NCBI RefSeq assembly: GCF_004010195.1
Contig: NC_057757.1
Span: 5,566,806 to 5,630,805 of the forward strand
Source of the DNA: Chiloscyllium plagiosum
Lineage: Eukaryota
Reading direction: 5' to 3'
DNA: 64,000 bases
Position numbers and translations under genes: made by a program. The notes below the pieces were generated by a model. The model did no database searches. It had not been told where the DNA came from and saw nothing but the letters and a program-made list of their open reading frames with translations. Below, piece after piece: positions 25,211 through 36,756 of this stretch (positions within the stretch are counted from its first letter, which is position 1; each line of letters starts with the position of its first letter).

Positions 25211-26561
25211 GGAGGGTTTGGTTTAGAAGGAGAGACTGGGTAGGCTGGGGCTGTTTTCCCTGGAGCGTTGGAGGCTGAGGGGTGACCTTACAGGGGTTTA
25301 TAAAATCATGAGGGATATAGAATGGTAGATGTCTTTTCCAGAGGGTGGTGGATTTCAGGACGAGGCGGGCATATGTTTTAGGTGAGAGAGACGTAAAAAC
25401 CAGGAAGGGTAATTTTTTTCACACAGAGGGTGGTTCGTGTGTGGAACAATCTTCCTGAGGAAGTGGTGGATGCGGGTAGAGTTACAACGTTTAACAGATA
25501 TTTGGATAAGGACATGAGTAGGAAAGGTTTATAGGGATATGGGCCAGGACAGGCAGCTGGGACTGGTTTAATCTGGGGAGGTGATGGCTGAGTGATGTTA
25601 TCGATGGACTTGTTAATCCAGATAACGTTCCGGGGACCCAGGTTCACATCCGGCCTCGGCTGATGGTGGAATTTTAATTCAAGGAATTAAGAATCTAATG
25701 GTGACCGCGAAACCATTATCGGGAAAATCCCACGTGTCTTGCTAAGGTCCTTCGGGGGAGGAAGCTGCCATCTTTACCTGGTCAGGCCTACACGTGATTC
25801 CACAGCAATGGGCAACTGGGAATTGGCAATAAATACTGGGCCTAGCCATCCCGTGAGTGATTAAAGAAAAAAACAGATTATGTTCAGCATGGACTGGTTG
25901 GGCTGAAGGGTTTATTTCCCTGCTGTATGACTGTCCGACTGTATCTCAAACATACTCAGAGGCTGAGTTTCCATAACCCATTGTGGTTGGGTAAAGGGAA
26001 CTGAGGAGAAAGTGAGGTCTGTAGATGCTGGAGATCAGAGCTGAAAATGTGTTGCTGGAAAAGCGCAGCAGGTCAGGCAGCATCCGAGGAGCAGGAAAAA
26101 TCGACGTTTCGGGCAAAGACCATTCACTGGGACCGTAGGCAAGTGGGAACAGGGGCTTTCTCATCTGCTCCTGCTCCCTATCTCCTCTAGTTTGTGTTTA
26201 TCTGTGACACTTGGAAAAAGACTGGAAAATCCAGATGCACAGGGAAGGTGGTCATTGCTTTGGATGGAAGATTAGAAGCTCCCAGGCCTTTTGAAAGAGA
26301 TGGAGTAGTGGAAAATCACCAGCAACAATCCAGGGATTCACTGTTCAAATCCCAGCGGGGGTGCGGGAGAACGGGAGGGAGGCTGATGGATGGTCCCAAA
26401 ACACATCGGGACGTAAAATCTAATCTCAGTGACGGCCAATCATTCGCCGTCGTTTAACCCAGCGGGGTTCGCGACTGCACCTTGAGGGATAGCGAACTGA
26501 TGGGGGGGAGCGACAGCAGACTTGATGGGCCGAGTGGCCTAATTCTGCCGCCCTCCCACGC

Positions 26562-26867
26562 CACCCACACCCTGCTTTGAGCAAGGCCCTCAGTTCAAGG
26601 GGCAATTAGGATGGGGTGTTTGGAGTTCCCCGCCCCATGGGCGAGGGTATTGGAGACTGAGGTGTTGGAGATTGGGGCAATGTCCCCGGGGATTGGGCAT
26701 GGTGGGTTAGTGGGCACCCACACCCTGCTTTGAGCAAGGCCCTCAGTTCAAGGGGCAATTAGGATGGGGTGTTTGGAGTTCCCCGCCCCATGGGCGAGGG
26801 TATTGGAGACTGAGGTGTTGGAGATTGGGGCAATGTCCCCGGGGATTGGGCATGGTGGGTTAGTGGG
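26562..26867 (+). repeat. Exact 153-bp tandem duplication leading into the 22-bp array
   Basis: cacccacaccctgctttgagc... starts at 26562 and at 26715; each copy ends in catggtgggttagtggg. Confidence 0.9.
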
Positions 26868-29800
26868 GTGGACATGGTGGGTTAGTGGGGAGGACATGGT
26901 GGGTTAGTGGGGAGGACATGGTGGGTTAGTGGGGAGGACATGGTGGGTTAGTGGGGTAGACATGGTGGGTCAGTGGGGAGGACATGGTGGGTTAGTGGGG
27001 AGGACATGGTGGGTTAGTGGGGAGGACATGGTGGGTTAGTGGGGAGGACATGGTGGGTTAGTGGGGAGGACATGGTGGGTTAGTGGGGAGGACATGGTGG
27101 GTCAGTGGGGAGGACATGGTGGGTTAGTGGGGAGGACATGGTGGGTCAGTGGGGAGGACATGGTGGGTTAGTGGGGAGGACATGGTGGGTTAGTGGGGAG
27201 GACATGGTGGGTTAGTGGGGAGGACATGGTGGGTTAGTGGGGAGGACATGGTGGGTTAGTGGGGAGGACATGGTGGGTTAGTGGGGAGGACATGGTGGGT
27301 TAGTGGGGAGGACATGGTGGGTTAGTGGGGAGGACATGGTGGGTTAGTGGGGAGGACATGGTGGGTTAGTGGGGAGGACATGGTGGGTTAGTGGGGAGGA
27401 CATGGTGGGTTAGTGGGGAGGACATGGTGGGTTAGTGGGGAGGACATGGTGGGTTAGTGGGGAGGACATGGTGGGTTAGTGGGGAGGACATGGTGGGTTA
27501 GTGGGGAGGACATGGTGGGTTAGTGGGGAGGACATGGTGGGTTAGTGGGGAGGACATGGTGGGTTAGTGGGGAGGACATGGTGGGTTAGTGGGGAGGACA
27601 TGGTGGGTTAGTGGGGAGGACATGGTGGGTTAGTGGGGAGGACATGGTGGGTTAGTGGGGAGGACATGGTGGGTTAGTGGGGAGGACATGGTGGGTTAGT
27701 GGGGAGGACATGGTGGGTTAGTGGGGAGGACATGGTGGGTTAGTGGGGAGGACATGGTGGGTTAGTGGGGAGGACATGGTGGGTTAGTGGGGAGGACATG
27801 GTGGGTTAGTGGGGAGGACATGGTGGGTTAGTGGGGAGGACATGGTGGGTTAGTGGGGAGGACATGGTGGGTTAGTGGGGAGGACATGGTGGGTTAGTGG
27901 GGAGGACATGGTGGGTTAGTGGGGAGGACATGGTGGGTTAGTGGGGAGGACATGGTGGGTTAGTGGGGAGGACATGGTGGGTTAGTGGGGAGGACATGGT
28001 GGGTTAGTGGGGAGGACATGGTGGGTTAGTGGGGAGGACATGGTGGGTTAGTGGGGAGGACATGGTGGGTTAGTGGGGAGGACATGGTGGGTTAGTGGGG
28101 AGGACATGGTGGGTTAGTGGGGAGGACATGGTGGGTTAGTGGGGAGGACATGGTGGGTTAGTGGGGAGGACATGGTGGGTTAGTGGGGAGGACATGGTGG
28201 GTTAGTGGGGAGGACATGGTGGGTTAGTGGGGAGGACATGGTGGGTTAGTGGGGAGGACATGGTGGGTTAGTGGGGAGGACATGGTGGGTTAGTGGGGAG
28301 GACATGGTGGGTTAGTGGGGAGGACATGGTGGGTTAGTGGGGAGGACATGGTGGGTTAGTGGGGAGGACATGGTGGGTTAGTGGGGAGGACATGGTGGGT
28401 TAGTGGGGAGGACATGGTGGGTTAGTGGGGAGGACATGGTGGGTTAGTGGGGAGGACATGGTGGGTTAGTGGGGAGGACATGGTGGGTTAGTGGGGAGGA
28501 CATGGTGGGTTAGTGGGGAGGACATGGTGGGTTAGTGGGGAGGACATGGTGGGTTAGTGGGGAGGACATGGTGGGTTAGTGGGGAGGACATGGTGGGTTA
28601 GTGGGGAGGACATGGTGGGTTAGTGGGGAGGACATGGTGGGTTAGTGGGGAGGACATGGTGGGTTAGTGGGGAGGACATGGTGGGTTAGTGGGGAGGACA
28701 TGGTGGGTTAGTGGGGAGGACATGGTGGGTTAGTGGGGAGGACATGGTGGGTTAGTGGGGAGGACATGGTGGGTTAGTGGGGAGGACATGGTGGGTTAGT
28801 GGGGAGGACATGGTGGGTTAGTGGGGAGGACATGGTGGGTTAGTGGGGAGGACATGGTGGGTTAGTGGGGAGGACATGGTGGGTTAGTGGGGAGGACATG
28901 GTGGGTTAGTGGGGAGGACATGGTGGGTTAGTGGGGAGGACATGGTGGGTTAGTGGGGAGGACATGGTGGGTTAGTGGGGAGGACATGGTGGGTTAGTGG
29001 GGAGGACATGGTGGGTTAGTGGGGAGGACATGGTGGGTTAGTGGGGAGGACATGGTGGGTTAGTGGGGAGGACATGGTGGGTTAGTGGGGAGGACATGGT
29101 GGGTTAGTGGGGAGGACATGGTGGGTTAGTGGGGAGGACATGGTGGGTTAGTGGGGAGGACATGGTGGGTTAGTGGGGAGGACATGGTGGGTTAGTGGGG
29201 AGGACATGGTGGGTTAGTGGGGAGGACATGGTGGGTTAGTGGGGAGGACATGGTGGGTTAGTGGGGAGGACATGGTGGGTTAGTGGGGAGGACATGGTGG
29301 GTTAGTGGGGAGGACATGGTGGGTTAGTGGGGAGGACATGGTGGGTTAGTGGGGAGGACATGGTGGGTTAGTGGGGAGGACATGGTGGGTTAGTGGGGAG
29401 GACATGGTGGGTTAGTGGGGAGGACATGGTGGGTTAGTGGGGAGGACATGGTGGGTTAGTGGGGAGGACATGGTGGGTTAGTGGGGAGGACATGGTGGGT
29501 TAGTGGGGAGGACATGGTGGGTTAGTGGGGAGGACATGGTGGGTTAGTGGGGAGGACATGGTGGGTTAGTGGGGAGGACATGGTGGGTTAGTGGGGAGGA
29601 CATGGTGGGTTAGTGGGGAGGACATGGTGGGTTAGTGGGGAGGACATGGTGGGTTAGTGGGGAGGACATGGTGGGTTAGTGGGGAGGACATGGTGGGTTA
29701 GTGGGGAGGACATGGTGGGTTAGTGGGGAGGACATGGTGGGTTAGTGGGGAGGACATGGTGGGTTAGTGGGGAGGACATGGTGGGTTAGTGGGGAGGACA

Positions 29801-32800
29801 TGGTGGGTTAGTGGGGAGGACATGGTGGGTTAGTGGGGAGGACATGGTGGGTTAGTGGGGAGGACATGGTGGGTTAGTGGGGAGGACATGGTGGGTTAGT
29901 GGGGAGGACATGGTGGGTTAGTGGGGAGGACATGGTGGGTTAGTGGGGAGGACATGGTGGGTTAGTGGGGAGGACATGGTGGGTTAGTGGGGAGGACATG
30001 GTGGGTTAGTGGGGAGGACATGGTGGGTTAGTGGGGAGGACATGGTGGGTTAGTGGGGAGGACATGGTGGGTTAGTGGGGAGGACATGGTGGGTTAGTGG
30101 GGAGGACATGGTGGGTTAGTGGGGAGGACATGGTGGGTTAGTGGGGAGGACATGGTGGGTTAGTGGGGAGGACATGGTGGGTTAGTGGGGAGGACATGGT
30201 GGGTTAGTGGGGAGGACATGGTGGGTTAGTGGGGAGGACATGGTGGGTTAGTGGGGAGGACATGGTGGGTTAGTGGGGAGGACATGGTGGGTTAGTGGGG
30301 AGGACATGGTGGGTTAGTGGGGAGGACATGGTGGGTTAGTGGGGAGGACATGGTGGGTTAGTGGGGAGGACATGGTGGGTTAGTGGGGAGGACATGGTGG
30401 GTTAGTGGGGAGGACATGGTGGGTTAGTGGGGAGGACATGGTGGGTTAGTGGGGAGGACATGGTGGGTTAGTGGGGAGGACATGGTGGGTTAGTGGGGAG
30501 GACATGGTGGGTTAGTGGGGAGGACATGGTGGGTTAGTGGGGAGGACATGGTGGGTTAGTGGGGAGGACATGGTGGGTTAGTGGGGAGGACATGGTGGGT
30601 TAGTGGGGAGGACATGGTGGGTTAGTGGGGAGGACATGGTGGGTTAGTGGGGAGGACATGGTGGGTTAGTGGGGAGGACATGGTGGGTTAGTGGGGAGGA
30701 CATGGTGGGTTAGTGGGGAGGACATGGTGGGTTAGTGGGGAGGACATGGTGGGTTAGTGGGGAGGACATGGTGGGTTAGTGGGGAGGACATGGTGGGTTA
30801 GTGGGGAGGACATGGTGGGTTAGTGGGGAGGACATGGTGGGTTAGTGGGGAGGACATGGTGGGTTAGTGGGGAGGACATGGTGGGTTAGTGGGGAGGACA
30901 TGGTGGGTTAGTGGGGAGGACATGGTGGGTTAGTGGGGAGGACATGGTGGGTTAGTGGGGAGGACATGGTGGGTTAGTGGGGAGGACATGGTGGGTTAGT
31001 GGGGAGGACATGGTGGGTTAGTGGGGAGGACATGGTGGGTTAGTGGGGAGGACATGGTGGGTTAGTGGGGAGGACATGGTGGGTTAGTGGGGAGGACATG
31101 GTGGGTTAGTGGGGAGGACATGGTGGGTTAGTGGGGAGGACATGGTGGGTTAGTGGGGAGGACATGGTGGGTTAGTGGGGAGGACATGGTGGGTTAGTGG
31201 GGAGGACATGGTGGGTTAGTGGGGAGGACATGGTGGGTTAGTGGGGAGGACATGGTGGGTTAGTGGGGAGGACATGGTGGGTTAGTGGGGAGGACATGGT
31301 GGGTTAGTGGGGAGGACATGGTGGGTTAGTGGGGAGGACATGGTGGGTTAGTGGGGAGGACATGGTGGGTTAGTGGGGAGGACATGGTGGGTTAGTGGGG
31401 AGGACATGGTGGGTTAGTGGGGAGGACATGGTGGGTTAGTGGGGAGGACATGGTGGGTTAGTGGGGAGGACATGGTGGGTTAGTGGGGAGGACATGGTGG
31501 GTTAGTGGGGAGGACATGGTGGGTTAGTGGGGAGGACATGGTGGGTTAGTGGGGAGGACATGGTGGGTTAGTGGGGAGGACATGGTGGGTTAGTGGGGAG
31601 GACATGGTGGGTTAGTGGGGAGGACATGGTGGGTTAGTGGGGAGGACATGGTGGGTTAGTGGGGAGGACATGGTGGGTTAGTGGGGAGGACATGGTGGGT
31701 TAGTGGGGAGGACATGGTGGGTTAGTGGGGAGGACATGGTGGGTTAGTGGGGAGGACATGGTGGGTTAGTGGGGAGGACATGGTGGGTTAGTGGGGAGGA
31801 CATGGTGGGTTAGTGGGGAGGACATGGTGGGTTAGTGGGGAGGACATGGTGGGTTAGTGGGGAGGACATGGTGGGTTAGTGGGGAGGACATGGTGGGTTA
31901 GTGGGGAGGACATGGTGGGTTAGTGGGGAGGACATGGTGGGTTAGTGGGGAGGACATGGTGGGTTAGTGGGGAGGACATGGTGGGTTAGTGGGGAGGACA
32001 TGGTGGGTTAGTGGGGAGGACATGGTGGGTTAGTGGGGAGGACATGGTGGGTTAGTGGGGAGGACATGGTGGGTTAGTGGGGAGGACATGGTGGGTTAGT
32101 GGGGAGGACATGGTGGGTTAGTGGGGAGGACATGGTGGGTTAGTGGGGAGGACATGGTGGGTTAGTGGGGAGGACATGGTGGGTTAGTGGGGAGGACATG
32201 GTGGGTTAGTGGGGAGGACATGGTGGGTTAGTGGGGAGGACATGGTGGGTTAGTGGGGAGGACATGGTGGGTTAGTGGGGAGGACATGGTGGGTTAGTGG
32301 GGAGGACATGGTGGGTTAGTGGGGAGGACATGGTGGGTTAGTGGGGAGGACATGGTGGGTTAGTGGGGAGGACATGGTGGGTTAGTGGGGAGGACATGGT
32401 GGGTTAGTGGGGAGGACATGGTGGGTTAGTGGGGAGGACATGGTGGGTTAGTGGGGAGGACATGGTGGGTTAGTGGGGAGGACATGGTGGGTTAGTGGGG
32501 AGGACATGGTGGGTTAGTGGGGAGGACATGGTGGGTTAGTGGGGAGGACATGGTGGGTTAGTGGGGAGGACATGGTGGGTTAGTGGGGAGGACATGGTGG
32601 GTTAGTGGGGAGGACATGGTGGGTTAGTGGGGAGGACATGGTGGGTTAGTGGGGAGGACATGGTGGGTTAGTGGGGAGGACATGGTGGGTTAGTGGGGAG
32701 GACATGGTGGGTTAGTGGGGAGGACATGGTGGGTTAGTGGGGAGGACATGGTGGGTTAGTGGGGAGGACATGGTGGGTTAGTGGGGAGGACATGGTGGGT

Positions 32801-35676
32801 TAGTGGGGAGGACATGGTGGGTTAGTGGGGAGGACATGGTGGGTTAGTGGGGAGGACATGGTGGGTTAGTGGGGAGGACATGGTGGGTTAGTGGGGAGGA
32901 CATGGTGGGTTAGTGGGGAGGACATGGTGGGTTAGTGGGGAGGACATGGTGGGTTAGTGGGGAGGACATGGTGGGTTAGTGGGGAGGACATGGTGGGTTA
33001 GTGGGGAGGACATGGTGGGTTAGTGGGGAGGACATGGTGGGTTAGTGGGGAGGACATGGTGGGTTAGTGGGGAGGACATGGTGGGTTAGTGGGGAGGACA
33101 TGGTGGGTTAGTGGGGAGGACATGGTGGGTTAGTGGGGAGGACATGGTGGGTTAGTGGGGAGGACATGGTGGGTTAGTGGGGAGGACATGGTGGGTTAGT
33201 GGGGAGGACATGGTGGGTTAGTGGGGAGGACATGGTGGGTTAGTGGGGAGGACATGGTGGGTTAGTGGGGAGGACATGGTGGGTTAGTGGGGAGGACATG
33301 GTGGGTTAGTGGGGAGGACATGGTGGGTTAGTGGGGAGGACATGGTGGGTTAGTGGGGAGGACATGGTGGGTTAGTGGGGAGGACATGGTGGGTTAGTGG
33401 GGAGGACATGGTGGGTTAGTGGGGAGGACATGGTGGGTTAGTGGGGAGGACATGGTGGGTTAGTGGGGAGGACATGGTGGGTTAGTGGGGAGGACATGGT
33501 GGGTTAGTGGGGAGGACATGGTGGGTTAGTGGGGAGGACATGGTGGGTTAGTGGGGAGGACATGGTGGGTTAGTGGGGAGGACATGGTGGGTTAGTGGGG
33601 AGGACATGGTGGGTTAGTGGGGAGGACATGGTGGGTTAGTGGGGAGGACATGGTGGGTTAGTGGGGAGGACATGGTGGGTTAGTGGGGAGGACATGGTGG
33701 GTTAGTGGGGAGGACATGGTGGGTTAGTGGGGAGGACATGGTGGGTTAGTGGGGAGGACATGGTGGGTTAGTGGGGAGGACATGGTGGGTTAGTGGGGAG
33801 GACATGGTGGGTTAGTGGGGAGGACATGGTGGGTTAGTGGGGAGGACATGGTGGGTTAGTGGGGAGGACATGGTGGGTTAGTGGGGAGGACATGGTGGGT
33901 TAGTGGGGAGGACATGGTGGGTTAGTGGGGAGGACATGGTGGGTTAGTGGGGAGGACATGGTGGGTTAGTGGGGAGGACATGGTGGGTTAGTGGGGAGGA
34001 CATGGTGGGTTAGTGGGGAGGACATGGTGGGTTAGTGGGGAGGACATGGTGGGTTAGTGGGGAGGACATGGTGGGTTAGTGGGGAGGACATGGTGGGTTA
34101 GTGGGGAGGACATGGTGGGTTAGTGGGGAGGACATGGTGGGTTAGTGGGGAGGACATGGTGGGTTAGTGGGGAGGACATGGTGGGTTAGTGGGGAGGACA
34201 TGGTGGGTTAGTGGGGAGGACATGGTGGGTTAGTGGGGAGGACATGGTGGGTTAGTGGGGAGGACATGGTGGGTTAGTGGGGAGGACATGGTGGGTTAGT
34301 GGGGAGGACATGGTGGGTTAGTGGGGAGGACATGGTGGGTTAGTGGGGAGGACATGGTGGGTTAGTGGGGAGGACATGGTGGGTTAGTGGGGAGGACATG
34401 GTGGGTTAGTGGGGAGGACATGGTGGGTTAGTGGGGAGGACATGGTGGGTTAGTGGGGAGGACATGGTGGGTTAGTGGGGAGGACATGGTGGGTTAGTGG
34501 GGAGGACATGGTGGGTTAGTGGGGAGGACATGGTGGGTTAGTGGGGAGGACATGGTGGGTTAGTGGGGAGGACATGGTGGGTTAGTGGGGAGGACATGGT
34601 GGGTTAGTGGGGAGGACATGGTGGGTTAGTGGGGAGGACATGGTGGGTTAGTGGGGAGGACATGGTGGGTTAGTGGGGAGGACATGGTGGGTTAGTGGGG
34701 AGGACATGGTGGGTTAGTGGGGAGGACATGGTGGGTTAGTGGGGAGGACATGGTGGGTTAGTGGGGAGGACATGGTGGGTTAGTGGGGAGGACATGGTGG
34801 GTTAGTGGGGAGGACATGGTGGGTTAGTGGGGAGGACATGGTGGGTTAGTGGGGAGGACATGGTGGGTTAGTGGGGAGGACATGGTGGGTTAGTGGGGAG
34901 GACATGGTGGGTTAGTGGGGAGGACATGGTGGGTTAGTGGGGAGGACATGGTGGGTTAGTGGGGAGGACATGGTGGGTTAGTGGGGAGGACATGGTGGGT
35001 TAGTGGGGAGGACATGGTGGGTTAGTGGGGAGGACATGGTGGGTTAGTGGGGAGGACATGGTGGGTTAGTGGGGAGGACATGGTGGGTTAGTGGGGAGGA
35101 CATGGTGGGTTAGTGGGGAGGACATGGTGGGTTAGTGGGGAGGACATGGTGGGTTAGTGGGGAGGACATGGTGGGTTAGTGGGGAGGACATGGTGGGTTA
35201 GTGGGGAGGACATGGTGGGTTAGTGGGGAGGACATGGTGGGTTAGTGGGGAGGACATGGTGGGTTAGTGGGGAGGACATGGTGGGTTAGTGGGGAGGACA
35301 TGGTGGGTTAGTGGGGAGGACATGGTGGGTTAGTGGGGAGGACATGGTGGGTTAGTGGGGAGGACATGGTGGGTTAGTGGGGAGGACATGGTGGGTTAGT
35401 GGGGAGGACATGGTGGGTTAGTGGGGAGGACATGGTGGGTTAGTGGGGAGGACATGGTGGGTTAGTGGGGAGGACATGGTGGGTTAGTGGGGAGGACATG
35501 GTGGGTTAGTGGGGAGGACATGGTGGGTTAGTGGGGAGGACATGGTGGGTTAGTGGGGAGGACATGGTGGGTTAGTGGGGAGGACATGGTGGGTTAGTGG
35601 GGAGGACATGGTGGGTTAGTGGGGAGGACATGGTGGGTTAGTGGGGAGGACATGGTGGGTTAGTGGGGAGGACATG
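26849..35676 (+). repeat. 22-bp G-rich satellite (ggacatggtgggttagtgggga), ~400 copies, essentially invariant after ~27150
   Basis: Direct reading; the few variants (gtcag, gggtaga) are all at the left edge. Confidence 0.99.
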
Positions 35677-35840
35677 TTACAGTGAGGGGTGTGGGGTATA
35701 TCAGTGTGTTACAGTGAGGGGTGTGGGGTATATCAGAGAGTGTTACAGTGAGGGATGTGGGGTGTATCAGAGAGTGTTACAGTGAGGGGTGTGGGGTATA
35801 TCGGTGAGTGTTACAGTGCGGGGTGTGGGGTATATCGGAG
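35676..35840 (+). repeat. ~33-35-bp minisatellite (gttacagtgaggggtgtggggtatatcag...), 4-5 copies
   Basis: Visible tandem units. Confidence 0.85.
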
Positions 35841-36022
35841 ACGGCGTGGGGGGAAACGGGAGGGAGAGGGAGATGGATGGAGGATGGGAGAGGACACTCT
35901 TAGGACAGTGAGAGTGGAGTGTGTCAGAGCGTGAGTCTCAGATGCAGGGATTTTGAGAGTGAGCGAGTGCGATGGCCCCGTGTTCTGCCTTACCCGATGT
36001 TCCCCGGGTCTGTGTGTTTCAG

Positions 36023-36184
36023 GTGAAGCCGCCTGATGAGTCCCGGAGTATTGGCCGGATCAGTAAACAGTGGAGTGGTATTGCCAAAGAGGTGCTGACT
36101 GATGCTGATAACTTTGGGGTGCAGTTCCCCATGGACCTCAATGTCAAGTTGAAAGCCTCACTCATTGGAGCGTGCTTCCTCATT
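36023..36184 (+). CDS. PLSCR3: PLSCR3-like scramblase penultimate coding exon: [54 protein letters not shown]
   Basis: tttcAG acceptor, GTAAGT donor, 162 bp. Has the scramblase GxISKQW motif and DADNFGxQFPxDL Ca2+-binding motif; DESRS(I/V)GRISKQW resembles recalled PLSCR3. Confidence 0.9.
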
Positions 36185-36256
36185 GTAAGTAGCATTTCCG
36201 CCCCCCTCCCCCCCTCCACCCCCACACCGTCGGTCTGTGACTCCCTCCCCTTGCTG

Positions 36257-36756
36257 NNNNNNNNNNNNNNNNNNNNNNNNNNNNNNNNNNNNNNNNNNNN
36301 NNNNNNNNNNNNNNNNNNNNNNNNNNNNNNNNNNNNNNNNNNNNNNNNNNNNNNNNNNNNNNNNNNNNNNNNNNNNNNNNNNNNNNNNNNNNNNNNNNNN
36401 NNNNNNNNNNNNNNNNNNNNNNNNNNNNNNNNNNNNNNNNNNNNNNNNNNNNNNNNNNNNNNNNNNNNNNNNNNNNNNNNNNNNNNNNNNNNNNNNNNNN
36501 NNNNNNNNNNNNNNNNNNNNNNNNNNNNNNNNNNNNNNNNNNNNNNNNNNNNNNNNNNNNNNNNNNNNNNNNNNNNNNNNNNNNNNNNNNNNNNNNNNNN
36601 NNNNNNNNNNNNNNNNNNNNNNNNNNNNNNNNNNNNNNNNNNNNNNNNNNNNNNNNNNNNNNNNNNNNNNNNNNNNNNNNNNNNNNNNNNNNNNNNNNNN
36701 NNNNNNNNNNNNNNNNNNNNNNNNNNNNNNNNNNNNNNNNNNNNNNNNNNNNNNNN
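36257..36756. other. Assembly gap, exactly 500 N (placeholder)
   Basis: N run. Confidence 1.

Noticed and set aside
26849..35676. True telomeric or interstitial (TTAGGG)n
   Set aside because: The unit contains GGGTTAG but no tandem TTAGGG; it is a 22-bp satellite.
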